The position numbers and the translations under genes were made by a program. The notes beneath the pieces were generated by a model that worked only from the letters and a program-made list of their open reading frames with translations, had not been told where the DNA came from and did no database searches. This document shows, in pieces, positions 1 through 11,482 of a stretch of 32,000 bases of DNA; the stretch's first letter is position 1, and each line of letters opens with the position of its first letter. This DNA is from Opitutia bacterium KCR 482 (GTDB lineage: Bacteria > Verrucomicrobiota > Verrucomicrobiia > Opitutales > Intestinicryptomonadaceae), in NCBI GenBank assembly GCA_029269845.2, contig CP149973.1, positions 660,001 through 692,000 on the forward strand. The letters run 5' to 3'.

Positions 1-1415
1 TTTCTATTTTCCGCGCTTTTCCTCAGCACTATGTAGCCTTTCGGCTGGAGCTCCAGTTTCGTCTTTCCATTATCCGATTCGCATTTTGCGCCGTACGAAA
101 GCAGTTCCGACGAGCCGCCGAAGTCCGCGTCGACCATCGTCGAAACGCATTTATCTGCCGCGTTGATTACAACCAGTGCTGCGCCGTCTTTCGTTTCGCG
201 GGCAAATGAAAGCACTGCGTCGGGTTTATCGTTGTCTATCCAGCGCGTCTTACCGTCGAAGAACACGGGGTCTTTGCGCAGTTCGATAAGTTTTTTCACG
301 AGTGCGGTTCTGCGTTTCCCCTGTTCGGTATTCATATTCGCCCATTCGGTGAAGTATCTGCCGTGTGTGCGGTCGGAGAAAATCGTCATGGGGGCGTCGT
401 CGGCGAATTCGTTGCCGCTGTAAATAAACGGAATGCCGTCGAGGGTGAAGTTCATGACCATGACGGCGTCCATGCCGCGGTAGCCGAAGCGGATTTCGCA
501 GCGTTTGCGGAATGGCCCGTTGGCGAAGTCGTGGTTTTCCATTGCGCGGAGCACCCTCGCGTTTTTGGGCTGGTCTTTATCGAAAGACTCCCAGCGTTCG
601 CGCAAAATTTTTGCGGGCTTTTTGTCGTGGAAGACTTCGATTGTCTTGCGCTGCCAGAGTACTTCGTAGGTGGCGTCGTATGTTTTTTCCGTCGCGGAGT
701 GGCGTTCGCTTTCCTCAATCATGAGAAGTTCGGGCTTGATTTTGCGCAGGCGGACGGCGGCGTTGTCCCAGAAATCGGAGGGCACCATTTCGCCGACGTC
801 GGTGCGGAAGCCGTCGATGTCGAACTCGCGCAGGAGAAATTCCATATTCTTGGTGAGGTATTCGCGGAGTTCGGGATTTTTGAAATTCAGGCGCGGGAAA
901 GCCCATTCGCCCGTATCGGGAGAGCCGTCGGGCTTGCGCATGATGAAGTCGGGGTGGTCTTTCAGGAAGACGGCTTTCGGCCCGCAGTGGTAGTACACGA
1001 CGTCGAAGAGCACTTTCAGCCCGAGTTCGTGCGCTTTTTTGACGAAGTTGCGGGCGTCGTCGGCGGTGCCGTACGAGGGGTCGATTTTGTAAAAATCCTT
1101 CATGCGGTAGGGATTTTTCGGATTTTCGGTTTTGGCCGCCTTTTGGCGTTCGCTCCAAAAGGTTTTATCCATATCGTCGTCGTGCTCGGTGAGCGGGCAG
1201 AGGTAGACGATATCGACGCCGAGCGACTTCACATAGGGCAGCATTTCCGCCGCCTTGTTGAGCGTGCCCTCCTGCGTGAACGAGGGCAGGAGGATTTGGT
1301 AAATCACCGAGCGTTTGAAGTCTTCGGAGACGGGTTTTGCGACTTTCGCCGACGCGAACGCCGACGCCGCGAATGCCAGCACCGCCGACACGAGAATTGC
1401 TGTTTTTTTCATCAT
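1..1415 (-). CDS. Secreted GH13 (alpha-amylase family) glycoside hydrolase; 3' end runs off the left window edge
   Basis: Absent from the supplied ORF track because it is open at the window edge. My own minus-strand translation from the ATG at 1413-1415 gives MMKKTAILVSAVLAFAASAFASAKV (signal peptide) and stays open down to base 3. GH13 signature regions are present: DVVYYHCG, DGFRTDVGEM (nucleophile Asp context), LMIEESE and AMENHDF. Confidence 0.8.
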   Translation of the reverse strand, partial: MMKKTAILVSAVLAFAASAFASAKVAKPVSEDFKRSVIYQILLPSFTQEGTLNKAAEMLPYVKSLGVDIVYLCPLTEHDDDMDKTFWSERQKAAKTENPKNPYRMKDFYKIDPSYGTADDARNFVKKAHELGLKVLFDVVYYHCGPKAVFLKDHPDFIMRKPDGSPDTGEWAFPRLNFKNPELREYLTKNMEFLLREFDIDGFRTDVGEMVPSDFWDNAAVRLRKIKPELLMIEESERHSATEKTYDATYEVLWQRKTIEVFHDKKPAKILRERWESFDKDQPKNARVLRAMENHDFANGPFRKRCEIRFGYRGMDAVMVMNFTLDGIPFIYSGNEFADDAPMTIFSDRTHGRYFTEWANMNTEQGKRRTALVKKLIELRKDPVFFDGKTRWIDNDKPDAVLSFARETKDGAALVVINAADKCVSTMVDADFGGSSELLSYGAKCESDNGKTKLELQPKGYIVLRKSAENR

Positions 1416-1753
1416 ATATTCAAGTTGGTTGTGTGTTGAAAGGTAATAAAGTAAAAATGCAAAGGCAAGGCAACACAATCCAAAATCCGCGCGAAATCGG
1501 TAAACAGTTTACCAATTTCGCAAAAACCGCCTTCCTCCGCCGCTTCGAATCGGAAGAGCCGCGACGTCCAAACACTTGCAAAAGCGGCGCAACTTTCGGA
1601 GCGCGGCGACGCGGCGCGTTCCGACGCCCCGAAACGGCGGCGGAAAATCGGCGCGGTTTCAAAAAAAACGGAAAATTTTGTTGAAAGGAAGGGGCAATTT
1701 TGCCTTAGTAAAGGCTTCCATTTTTTAGCAATCGTAACCTGAAAAAGAAAATC

Positions 1754-2584
1754 ATGGGAAACATAAAGAAATCAATGATGTCGTCGCTTATGAAAAAATT
1801 TGCGATGGCGGTGACGGGCTTCGTATTGGCGTCCTTCCTGCTGATACACATGCTCGGAAACTTGCAGACGCTCGAAGGGGGTCCGCACGCAATCAACGCG
1901 TACGCGAACTTCCTCCAAACGCTGCCGTGGGAAATCCTCTGGGGTTTCAGGCTCTGTTTGGGCGTGTGCTTCGTACTGCACCTGTTGACGGCGTATTTGC
2001 TCGTCCTCGAAAACTCGAAGTCGCGTCCGCAACGCTACTCGGTTAAGAAGAGCCTCGCCTCCACCCTCGCCGCGAGAACCATGATTTTCTCTGGTACGAT
2101 TATCGCGCTTTTCGCGGTTATCCACATCATGCACTACACGGTGCTCAACCTCGACCCCTCGTTCAAGCTGCTCGAATGGAAGGCGACTTCCGGCATGTAC
2201 GAAGGCAAGGTTATACACGACGTCTACGCAATGCTCATTCTCGGATTCTCCAATCCGTGGGTTTCGATTGCGTACATTTTCGCGATGGTCGTAATCGGCT
2301 TCCACCTTTCGCACGGCGTAAGCAGCATGTTCCAGAGCATCGGCTTCCGCAACGAAAAATGGCGCTACCGCCTCAACGCAATCGCGGTTCTCTACTGCGC
2401 GGTTATCGCTCTCGGCTTCTCGATTAACCCCCTCGCGGTTCTCGTATCGAAGTATTCCGACTGCCAGATTCTGCCCGTAAAGCAGGTCGAAAAACAGTTC
2501 GGCCAGCTCAAAGACACGAAGGGCGAAATCTTCATCAACTACGACTTCCTCAAAGAAGGCTGCAAACCCTGCGCCAAGAAATAA
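1754..2584 (+). CDS. sdhC: Succinate dehydrogenase/fumarate reductase, cytochrome b membrane subunit (type B, single di-haem subunit)
   Basis: 276-aa polytopic membrane protein directly upstream of the flavoprotein and Fe-S subunits. His-bearing helices (FLLIHMLGNL, VLHLLTAYLL, AVIHIMHY, IGFHLSHG) match the b558-type anchor subunit. It carries a roughly 45-aa hydrophilic C-terminal tail (KYSDCQILPVKQ...GCKPCAKK). Confidence 0.85.
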   Translation: MGNIKKSMMSSLMKKFAMAVTGFVLASFLLIHMLGNLQTLEGGPHAINAYANFLQTLPWEILWGFRLCLGVCFVLHLLTAYLLVLENSKSRPQRYSVKKSLASTLAARTMIFSGTIIALFAVIHIMHYTVLNLDPSFKLLEWKATSGMYEGKVIHDVYAMLILGFSNPWVSIAYIFAMVVIGFHLSHGVSSMFQSIGFRNEKWRYRLNAIAVLYCAVIALGFSINPLAVLVSKYSDCQILPVKQVEKQFGQLKDTKGEIFINYDFLKEGCKPCAKK

Positions 2585-2602
2585 TAAACGAAGGGAACTA
2601 AA

Positions 2603-4531
2603 ATGAGTTTGGATTCTAAAATTCCTGAGGGACCCATTTCCGAAAAGTGGTCGAACTTTAAATTTCACGCAAAACTGGTAAACCCGTCGAACCGCAGAAA
2701 GTACCGCGTAATCGTGGTAGGCAGCGGTCTTGCGGGCGCGAGCGCGGCGGCGAGCCTTGCGGAACAGGGCTACAACGTCGATTGCTTCTGCTATCAGGAC
2801 AGCCCCAGACGCGCCCACTCCATCGCGGCGCAGGGCGGCATCAACGCTGCTAAAAACTACCAGAACGACGGCGACAGCATCTACCGCCTCTTCTACGACA
2901 CCGTTAAAGGCGGCGACTTCCGCTCGCGCGAAGCCAACGTCTACCGTCTCGCGGAAGTCAGCGTAAACATCATCGACCAGTGCGTTGCGCAGGGCGTTCC
3001 GTTCGCCCGCGAATACGGCGGCCTTTTGGCGAACCGCTCGTTCGGCGGCGCGCAGGTCAGCCGCACGTTCTACGCCCGCGGACAGACGGGGCAGCAGCTC
3101 CTCCTCGGCGCGTACTCGGCTCTCGAAAGACAGATTGCCCTCGGCAAGGTCAAGATGTACACCCGCCGCGAAATGCTCGACCTCGTAAAGGTTGACGGCT
3201 CGGCAAAGGGCATCATCGTCCGCAACCTCGTAAACGGCGACATCGAAAGATACTCCGCCGACGCGGTTCTGCTCTGCACGGGCGGCTACGGCAACGTATT
3301 CTACCTCTCCACAAACGCCCAGGGTTGCAGCGTCACGGCGGCTTTCCGCTGCTACAAGCGCGGCGCGGGCTTCGCAAACCCCTGCTTCACGCAAATCCAC
3401 CCCACCTGCATTCCGCAGCACGGCGACCAGCAGAGCAAGCTCACGCTCATGAGCGAATCGCTCCGCAACGACGGCCGCGTGTGGGTTCCCAAGAAGAAGG
3501 AAGACTGCACAAAGAAGCCTTCGGAAATCGCCGAAGAAGACCGCGACTACTATCTGGAAAGAAAGTATCCCTCGTTCGGCAACCTCGCTCCCCGCGACAT
3601 CTCCTCGCGCGCGGCAAAGGAAGCCTGCGACGACGGACGCGGCGTAGGGCCGGCAGTCAACGGCGAAAGACGCGGTGTTTACCTCGACTTTGCCGACGCA
3701 ATCAAGCGCGACGGCCTTAAAACGGTCAAGGAAAAGTACGGCAACCTCTTCGACATGTACGAACGCATCACGGGCGAAAACGCGTACGAAACACCCATGC
3801 GCATATACCCCGCTTCGCACTACACAATGGGCGGTCTTTGGGTTGACTACACCCTCGAAAGCACGATTCCCGGTCTCTTCGTTCTCGGCGAAGCCAACTT
3901 CTCCGACCACGGCGCAAACCGCCTCGGCGCGTCCGCGCTCATGCAGGGTCTGGCGGACGGCTACTTCGTGATTCCCTACACGCTCCCGAATTATCTGGCA
4001 CGCGTCGGCGCACAGAAAATCTCGACCGACCGTCCCGAATTCGACGAAGCCGAAAAGAACGTTCGCGACCAAATCAAGAAACTGATGAGCATCAAGGGCA
4101 CGCAAAGCCCGCGCCACTTCCACATGAAACTCGGAAAAATCATGTGGGAATACTGCGGCATGGCGCGTTCCGAAGAAAGCCTCAAAAAGGCTCTCGAACT
4201 CATTCCGCAGGTTCGCGAAGAATTCTGGAAGGATTTGAAAATCGTAGGCGAAGAAAACACGCTCAACAACGAGCTTGAACGCGCGGGACGCGTTGCCGAC
4301 TTCCTCGAATTTGCGGAAGTAATGGTTCGCGACGCCCTCGAAAGACGCGAAAGCTGCGGCGCACACTTCCGCGTGGAACACCAGACGGAAGACGGCGAAG
4401 CAAAGCGCAACGACGCCGAATACTCGTACGCCGCGGTGTGGATGTACGACGGCGAAGGCAAGCCGCCGCGCCTCGAAAAAGAACCCATCACGCACGACGA
4501 AGTAAAGCCCGTCGTCCGTTCCTACAAATAA
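2603..4531 (+). CDS. sdhA: Succinate dehydrogenase/fumarate reductase flavoprotein subunit
   Basis: 642 aa. FAD-binding fold [21 protein letters not shown], covalent-FAD His context [17 protein letters not shown], and HPT and [10 protein letters not shown] active-site blocks. SD-like AAGGGA upstream of the ATG. Confidence 0.96.
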   Translation: MSLDSKIPEGPISEKWSNFKFHAKLVNPSNRRKYRVIVVGSGLAGASAAASLAEQGYNVDCFCYQDSPRRAHSIAAQGGINAAKNYQNDGDSIYRLFYDTVKGGDFRSREANVYRLAEVSVNIIDQCVAQGVPFAREYGGLLANRSFGGAQVSRTFYARGQTGQQLLLGAYSALERQIALGKVKMYTRREMLDLVKVDGSAKGIIVRNLVNGDIERYSADAVLLCTGGYGNVFYLSTNAQGCSVTAAFRCYKRGAGFANPCFTQIHPTCIPQHGDQQSKLTLMSESLRNDGRVWVPKKKEDCTKKPSEIAEEDRDYYLERKYPSFGNLAPRDISSRAAKEACDDGRGVGPAVNGERRGVYLDFADAIKRDGLKTVKEKYGNLFDMYERITGENAYETPMRIYPASHYTMGGLWVDYTLESTIPGLFVLGEANFSDHGANRLGASALMQGLADGYFVIPYTLPNYLARVGAQKISTDRPEFDEAEKNVRDQIKKLMSIKGTQSPRHFHMKLGKIMWEYCGMARSEESLKKALELIPQVREEFWKDLKIVGEENTLNNELERAGRVADFLEFAEVMVRDALERRESCGAHFRVEHQTEDGEAKRNDAEYSYAAVWMYDGEGKPPRLEKEPITHDEVKPVVRSYK

Positions 4532-4551
4532 TCTAAAATTTCGGAATACAA

Positions 4552-5313
4552 ATGAAAGTACATCTTAAAATTTGGAGACAAAAGAGCGAAAACGCCAAGG
4601 GACGTTTCGAAACCTACACAGTCGACAACGTAAGCGAAGACAGCTCCTTCCTCGAAATGTTCGACATTCTCAACGAACAGCTCGTAGCGCAGGACAAAGA
4701 ACCGATTGTGTTCGACCACGACTGCCGCGAAGGCATCTGCGGCATGTGCTCGATGGTCATCAACGGCATTCCCCACGGCCCAGAACGCGAAACGACCGTG
4801 TGCCAGCTCCACATGCGCAAGTTCAAAGACGGCGACACAATCGTCGTCGAACCGTGGCGCGCGGGTCCGTTCCCGATTAAGAAAGACTTGGTTGTCTCGC
4901 GCGAAGCTCTCGACCAAATCCAGCAGGCGGGCGGCTATATCTCGATTCGCACGGGCGCGCCGCAGGACGCAAACGCGGTGCTTATCCCCAAGGATACGCT
5001 CGAAAAGGCGATGGACGCCGCCGCCTGCATCGGTTGCGGCGCGTGCGTTGCGGCTTGCCCGAACGCTTCGGCAATGCTCTTCACGGCGGCTAAGGTCTCG
5101 CACCTCAACTACCTGCCGCAGGGCGCGCCCGAAAAGGACAGACGCACAATCGCAATGGTCGAGAAGATGGACGAACTCGGCTTCGGCAACTGCTCGAACT
5201 ACGGCGAATGCCAGGCGGTTTGCCCGAAGGGAATCACGCTCGACTTCATCGCGAAGATGAACCGCGACTACGCAATCGCCAAGGCGAAACAGCTCGCAGC
5301 GCAAAGCGAATAG
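4552..5313 (+). CDS. sdhB: Succinate dehydrogenase/fumarate reductase iron-sulfur subunit
   Basis: 253 aa. 2Fe-2S cluster Cys pattern [17 protein letters not shown]...TVC, followed by ferredoxin-type [12 protein letters not shown] and [12 protein letters not shown]. Confidence 0.96.
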   Translation: MKVHLKIWRQKSENAKGRFETYTVDNVSEDSSFLEMFDILNEQLVAQDKEPIVFDHDCREGICGMCSMVINGIPHGPERETTVCQLHMRKFKDGDTIVVEPWRAGPFPIKKDLVVSREALDQIQQAGGYISIRTGAPQDANAVLIPKDTLEKAMDAAACIGCGACVAACPNASAMLFTAAKVSHLNYLPQGAPEKDRRTIAMVEKMDELGFGNCSNYGECQAVCPKGITLDFIAKMNRDYAIAKAKQLAAQSE

Positions 5314-5340
5314 TCGGGATTTCGAAAAGGCTGCAAAAAA

Positions 5341-5370
5341 GCCCGCCGTCTTGCGACGGCGGGTTTTTTT
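5341..5370 (+). terminator. Rho-independent terminator of the sdhCAB operon
   Basis: GC-rich stem gcccgccgtc / gacggcgggt with loop ttgc, followed by T7 (5364-5370). It lies 28 nt after the sdhB stop. Confidence 0.85.
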
Positions 5371-5645
5371 GCGCCCCTGCGCGGCGCATCCGTCGCATAT
5401 AACACCGACAATCGAAATTGCAAACTAGCCCCCGCGCATAATCGGCGACAGAATTTGGCGGCAAAATATTTCCCGCCGCCCGCAAGGATAGCGATTCTGC
5501 GAAGAGGAAACGCAGTCCGCCCAACCCCTCGCGCAGTCGGAAAACAGAGGCAGCGCGGGCTTTGTGTTCACGGAAATGCGACGCGGCGGGTTGCGGAAAT
5601 ATTGTAGTGCCGCCCCCGCCTCTACCCTGCCCGCTGTCTGAATAC

Positions 5646-5675
5646 AAAAAAGAGAACCGCGAACGGTTCTCTTTT
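5646..5675 (-). terminator. Rho-independent terminator downstream of groEL
   Basis: Stem agagaaccg / cggttctct (5651-5659 / 5664-5672) with loop cgaa. On the minus strand it is followed by a T-run (complement of a5646-5651). It lies about 50 nt after the groEL stop. Confidence 0.7.
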
Positions 5676-5726
5676 CGCTGTCCGCGCGGATTTCTCCGCG
5701 TCGGAAAATTTGCCTGCCGGATCGAA

Positions 5727-7370
<1,644 letters not shown>

Positions 7371-7382
7371 TTATTTTAGATG

Positions 7383-7679
7383 TTATTTGAGAATGGCAAC
7401 GATGTCGTCTTCGCGGAGGAGGACGAATTTTTCGTCGCCGACAGCAACTTCCGTGCCGCCGTACTTGGAGATGAGAACGTTGTCGCCTACCTTTACTTCA
7501 AAGGGAATGCGCTTGCCGTCGCGGTCGAGCTTGCCGCTGCCGATGGCGACAACCGTCGCTTCCTGCGATTTTTCCTTTGCGGCGTCGGGAATGATGATTC
7601 CGCCCTTGATTTGTTCTTTTTCCACGGCCTGCTTTACGAGCACTCTGTCGCCGAGGGGTTGGATTTTTGTTTTAGCCAT
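7383..7679 (-). CDS. groES: Co-chaperonin GroES (Hsp10)
   Basis: 98 aa. [11 protein letters not shown] and the mobile-loop [12 protein letters not shown] region. It ends 24 nt upstream of groEL. Confidence 0.97.
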   Translation of the reverse strand: MAKTKIQPLGDRVLVKQAVEKEQIKGGIIIPDAAKEKSQEATVVAIGSGKLDRDGKRIPFEVKVGDNVLISKYGGTEVAVGDEKFVLLREDDIVAILK

Positions 7680-7728
7680 ATTGTTTGTTTATTTGTTGTT
7701 TATAGTAAAATTAAAATTTATATTTTGC

Positions 7729-7749
7729 ACTTTTCGCGCGTTTTGAAAA
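7729..7749 (-). promoter_or_regulatory. Inverted repeat CTTTTC-N9-GAAAAG in the dnaK-groES intergenic region (candidate operator or second hairpin)
   Basis: Perfect 6-bp arms (7729-7734 and 7744-7749) separated by 9 nt, about 50 nt upstream of the groES start. No CIRCE consensus is present. Confidence 0.3.
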
Positions 7750-7762
7750 GACAAAAGCTTCC

Positions 7763-7783
7763 CCGCGATTCAAAAAATCGCGG
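7763..7783 (-). terminator. Hairpin downstream of dnaK (probable weak terminator)
   Basis: 8-bp stem ccgcgatt / aatcgcgg with a 5-nt loop, 18 nt after the dnaK stop. The U-rich stretch on the minus strand (cttttgtctttt) is not immediately adjacent to the stem. Confidence 0.5.
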
Positions 7784-7800
7784 AGAGCCTTTGTTAAACT

Positions 7801-9738
7801 TTATTCCTTTTTCGGTTTGTCGTCGTCAACTACTTCGAAGTCCGCGTCGACGGGGCCGTCTTTGCCGCCCTGCTGTGCCGCGCCGCCCTGAGCCTGCTGC
7901 GCGCCCGCCTGGGCGTTGGGCTGCTGGGCCTGCTGCATGTGCTGCGCGTTTTCCTGCAAGACTTTCATGAGCTTGTCTACCGCCGCTTTCAGTTCGTCTT
8001 TCGAGGCGTCAGCCTTGTCGAGAACCTGCTTTGCCGCGGTAATCTCGTTTTCGAGAGCCTGCTTTGCGTCTACGGGCAGGTTTGCGCCGCCTTCGGAAAT
8101 CTGCTTTTGGGTTTGGTAGATTATGTTGTCAAGCTCGTTGCGGACTTCCGCAGTTTCCTTGCGCATTGCGTCTTCCGCCGCGTGGAGTTCGGCTTCCTTG
8201 CGGAGATTTTCGACCTCCTCCTTGCTCAGACCGCTGCTGTTGGTAATCGTGATTTTCTGCTCTTTGCCCGTGCTCTTGTCTTTCGCCGTGACGTTGAGGA
8301 TACCGTTTGCGTCGATATCGAATGTCACTTCGATTTGCGGCAGACCGCGCGGAGCGGGGGCTATGCCGTCGAGCCTGAAATTGCCGATAAGCTTGTTGTC
8401 GCGAGCCATCGGACGTTCGCCTTGCAAGACTCTGATGTCTACCGCCGTCTGGTTGTCCGAGTACGTCGAGAAAACTTGCGAAGCCTTTTTCGGAATTGTC
8501 GTGTTGCGCTCAATCATCGGGGTGGAAACGCCGCCGGCGGTTTCGATTGAAAGCGTAAGCGGGGTTACGTCGAGAAGGAGAACATCGCGTACGTCGCCCT
8601 GCAAGACGCCGCCCTGAATTGCCGCGCCGCGAGCAACAACTTCGTCGGGGTTGACGCCCTTGTGGGCTTCCTTGCCCGCGAGGTGGTCTGCGATTTCCAC
8701 AACCTTGGGCATACGCGTCATGCCGCCGACGAGTACAAGCTCGTCGATGTCCGACTTCGAGAGACCCGCGTCGCGCAAGCAGTCGTCAAACGGCTTGATT
8801 GTCCTGTTGACGAGGGAGTCCGTAAGCTGTTCGAGTTTCGCCCTTGTAAGCTTTACATTCAAGTGTTTCGGACCCGTCGCGTCCGCCGTGATGAACGGCA
8901 GGTTGATGTCGGTCTCCTGCGCCGACGAAAGCGCGATTTTCGCTTTTTCGGACTCTTCCTTCAACCGCTGCAATGCCATTGCGTCGTTGCGCAGGTCTAT
9001 GCCGTTTTCCTTTTTGAAAGAGTCGATGAGCCAATCCATGATTGCCGCGTCCCAGTTGTCGCCGCCGAGCTGCGTGTCGCCGTTTGTCGCCTTGACTTCG
9101 AACACGCCGTCGCCGATTTCGAGAATCGAAATATCGTAAGTGCCGCCGCCCAAGTCGTAGACCGCGATTGTTTCGTCGTTCTTTTTGTCAAGCCCGTACG
9201 CGAGCGAAGCCGCGGTGGGTTCGTTGATGATTCTCTTGACCTCCAAGCCCGCGATTGTGCCCGCGTCTTTTGTAGCCTGACGTTGCGCATCGTTAAAGTA
9301 TGCGGGAACCGTGATGACGGCCTCCGTGATTTTTTCGCCCAAATACGATTCGGCGTCCGCCTTCAACTGTTGGAGAACCATTGCCGAAATCTGTTCGGGA
9401 GAGAAGCGCTCGGTCTTGCCGCCGACTTCGCACTCAATCACCGCCGCGCCGTTCGCGCCCTCGACGACCTTGTACGGAAGCTTGCTCGCAAGCTCTTTCA
9501 CTTCCGAATATTTGCGTCCGATAAGACGTTTTGCCGAAAAAATCGTGTTAGTAGGATTCGTTATCGCCTGACGTTTTGCCGCCTGACCAACCAATCTTTC
9601 GCCCGATTTTGTAAATGCCACAACCGAAGGGGTCGTTCTGCCGCCTTCGCGATTAGGAATAACGGTACTTTCGCCGCCTTCCATTACAGCCATACAGGAA
9701 TTTGTCGTTCCCAAGTCGATACCTAATATTTTACTCAT
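7801..9738 (-). CDS. dnaK: Molecular chaperone DnaK (Hsp70)
   Basis: 645 aa. Hsp70 signatures [25 protein letters not shown] and [12 protein letters not shown]-rich tail ending in an acidic [18 protein letters not shown] upstream. Confidence 0.98.
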   Translation of the reverse strand: MSKILGIDLGTTNSCMAVMEGGESTVIPNREGGRTTPSVVAFTKSGERLVGQAAKRQAITNPTNTIFSAKRLIGRKYSEVKELASKLPYKVVEGANGAAVIECEVGGKTERFSPEQISAMVLQQLKADAESYLGEKITEAVITVPAYFNDAQRQATKDAGTIAGLEVKRIINEPTAASLAYGLDKKNDETIAVYDLGGGTYDISILEIGDGVFEVKATNGDTQLGGDNWDAAIMDWLIDSFKKENGIDLRNDAMALQRLKEESEKAKIALSSAQETDINLPFITADATGPKHLNVKLTRAKLEQLTDSLVNRTIKPFDDCLRDAGLSKSDIDELVLVGGMTRMPKVVEIADHLAGKEAHKGVNPDEVVARGAAIQGGVLQGDVRDVLLLDVTPLTLSIETAGGVSTPMIERNTTIPKKASQVFSTYSDNQTAVDIRVLQGERPMARDNKLIGNFRLDGIAPAPRGLPQIEVTFDIDANGILNVTAKDKSTGKEQKITITNSSGLSKEEVENLRKEAELHAAEDAMRKETAEVRNELDNIIYQTQKQISEGGANLPVDAKQALENEITAAKQVLDKADASKDELKAAVDKLMKVLQENAQHMQQAQQPNAQAGAQQAQGGAAQQGGKDGPVDADFEVVDDDKPKKE

Positions 9739-9995
9739 ATGCCTCTTTTAAAGCACGCCCCGTGCCAGTTTGGGGAAGTCCCGCGCTTTGCGCCGAAACC
9801 ATTTTTGTAATTAGCAACTTGCAATTTCACATTTACCGCCTGCTCCCGCCGCCCGAAAGCCCGCCGTCCGCCGAGTGAGACATTATGGCACACGCCCCCG
9901 CGCGATTGTCCCACACGGGACACGCCCGTGCGCACTATAATAAAAGAGCGGCAACCGCGCAAACGGAAGCCGCCCAAAACCGGATACCGACTGTT

Positions 9996-10682
9996 TTAAT
10001 ACGAGAGCCTGCGGACAAGCATGAACGCCTCCGCCGCCCGCATGCCCGAAATCGCCCCGCGGACAATCGCGAGCGACTTCAACGCCTCTATGCTGCGCAC
10101 GTCGGGAAAATATTTCAGCTGGCTCTGGTACGCCTCGACCGCTTTGAGTTTCAGTTCGAGGAAGTCGTAAATTTCGTTGAAGACGTTGGGGAGGAAACCG
10201 CCCTCTACGCATTCAATGTTCCAGTGCGTTTCGGAAAGCGTTTCGTACATGAGAACCTCCTTGATGTTTCTGCCGAACTCGGTGCAAGTGCGGGCGGCGA
10301 CCTGCGCGGCGTAGACAATTTCGCGGTGGTCTTTGTGGAGGTCGTTGATAAACGGAATGTAGAGAATGTCGGGCTGAACCTCTTTGACGACGTCCACCAC
10401 AACCCTGTTTACCTTGTACATAGGCTCGTCGTGGAGAAGCACGTTGGGGAGGTCGCGGTAGAGGACGTTTTTGTAGTCTACGCCCAAGATTTCCATAGCC
10501 TTTTTCGTTTCGGCGCGGATTTCGGGCTTGTTGGGTTTCATCACGGGATTGTCGTCGCCAATCGACGTGAGAACCGAAACGAAAACTTCGTCGCCCCGCG
10601 CCACGTGTTTGGCCATCGACGCGCCCACTCCGAGCGTTTCGTCGTCGTTGTGGGGGGCAAGTACGAGAACTCTTTTTTTCAT
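9996..10682 (-). CDS. PIG-L/LmbE family N-acetylglucosaminyl deacetylase
   Basis: Motifs VLAPHNDDETLG and HKDH...E typical of PIG-L zinc deacetylases. The track start at 10697 is a TTG. I prefer the ATG at 10680-10682 (MKKRVLVL), which has a GGAGA SD and lies 5 nt after the upstream stop. Confidence 0.8.
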   Translation of the reverse strand: MKKRVLVLAPHNDDETLGVGASMAKHVARGDEVFVSVLTSIGDDNPVMKPNKPEIRAETKKAMEILGVDYKNVLYRDLPNVLLHDEPMYKVNRVVVDVVKEVQPDILYIPFINDLHKDHREIVYAAQVAARTCTEFGRNIKEVLMYETLSETHWNIECVEGGFLPNVFNEIYDFLELKLKAVEAYQSQLKYFPDVRSIEALKSLAIVRGAISGMRAAEAFMLVRRLSY

Positions 10683-10687
10683 CAAAT

Positions 10688-11419
10688 CTATCTCCAATTA
10701 TCTTTCAGCCACTGCGGCGTGCGGACGTGCCTGATTATGCCCTTCAAGCCCTTCGTCTTGCCCGCCATTGCCTGGTCGGGAGTGGGATTGCCGTGGAAGA
10801 CGACCATCTTGGCGTCGGGCGGAAGAATCGGGTCGCAAAAATAGCAGAGCGGGAAGGGGCGCATGCAGTTGTATTTGAAGCTCGGCATCCACTTTTTCGG
10901 CCAGAATTTGAGCTTGCCCGCTTTCGAGAGAACGTCGGTTACATAAGCCTGCTCGTGGCGGTAGTTCGCCTTAACCTCGGACATGTGCGACATAAAATAG
11001 TCGTACAAATCGCGGTTTTTACCCGCCTCGAAGCGGTATACGCCCGTTTCGCCGACGCCGTGTTTTTTGGACGGACGCCAGTGCTCTATCACGAAAAATT
11101 CGCCGTCGATTTTGAAATACTCGTCGATGTTCCCGACTATCACGGTGTCGAGGTCGAGAAAGAGCACGCGCCCCGAAAGCCCGATGTCGTCGCGGAAAGT
11201 GGAGAGCTTGCGCCAGCCGCGTTCGCGGTCCGGGGGCAAATCCATTTCGGGGAGCGGGCGAACCTCTATGTTTTTGTCAAGCCCCGCGCCGTTGTCGGTG
11301 AAGCAGATGAACTTGAAAGGCAGGGTGAGGTTGCGGGCTGTCATGTTGTACAGGCGGTTGACGTATTCGGGCCCGTACTTGTCGCCCCATTTCATGGATA
11401 TTACTGTATATTCAGCCAT
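10688..11419 (-). CDS. Glycosyltransferase-like protein (nucleotide-sugar transferase fold, DxD)
   Basis: About 243 aa from the ATG at 11417-11419 (MAEYTVISMKWGDKYGPEYVNRLYN...). Contains VLFLDLDTVIV (DxD-type motif). Family assignment comes from recollection of similar MKWG..YGPEYVNRL proteins annotated as glycosyltransferases. The alternative GTG start at 11446 lies inside a palindrome. Confidence 0.5.
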   Translation of the reverse strand: MAEYTVISMKWGDKYGPEYVNRLYNMTARNLTLPFKFICFTDNGAGLDKNIEVRPLPEMDLPPDRERGWRKLSTFRDDIGLSGRVLFLDLDTVIVGNIDEYFKIDGEFFVIEHWRPSKKHGVGETGVYRFEAGKNRDLYDYFMSHMSEVKANYRHEQAYVTDVLSKAGKLKFWPKKWMPSFKYNCMRPFPLCYFCDPILPPDAKMVVFHGNPTPDQAMAGKTKGLKGIIRHVRTPQWLKDNWR

Positions 11420-11482
11420 TTGTAAGTCGGATAAAAATTGATACACCCATGTATCTAAGAAACGCCCCCCGTTGTCAAGACT

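Noticed and set aside
1772-4495. 907-aa minus-strand ORF, together with similar long ORFs at 363-1439 (+), 5562-6443 (+), 6693-7379 (+), 8662-9726 (+), 9885-10844 (+), 10727-11425 (+), 14905-17280 (+), 15059-16135 (-), 18726-19634 (-), 19662-21044 (-), 22019-23023 (+), 25363-27075 (+), 27198-28169 (+) and 31267-31938 (-)
   Set aside because: Each lies antisense to, or out of frame with, a gene that has unmistakable conserved motifs (SdhA, GroEL, DnaK, MCP, ABC and others). Their translations are Arg/Ala/Gly/Val/Phe-rich with no motifs. This is the typical pattern of stop-codon-poor shadow frames in GC-rich DNA.
5504-5520. GAGGAAAcgcaGTCCGC, superficially like the RNase P RNA CR-I block GAGGAAAGTCCGGGC
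   Set aside because: There is a 4-nt insertion relative to the consensus. The other universally conserved RNase P blocks (for example ACAGAANCCGGCTTA and AGGGTGAAA-type elements) are absent from 5371-5645 on either strand.
7680-7800. Search for a CIRCE element (TTAGCACTC-N9-GAGTGCTAA) or a sigma32-type promoter upstream of groES and dnaK
   Set aside because: Only partial half-site resemblance was found (AAGTGCAAA near 7720-7728; TTAGCAAC near 9813-9820), with no matching inverted partner at 9-nt spacing. No CTTGAAA / CCCCATNT pair was found at appropriate spacing.
9935-9940. Exact TATAAT on the plus strand between the PIG-L and dnaK genes
   Set aside because: There is no -35-like hexamer at 16-18 nt and no plus-strand gene downstream. 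It is more simply the complement of the U-rich tail (CUUUUAUUAUAG) that follows a GC hairpin terminating the minus-strand GT/PIG-L transcript.
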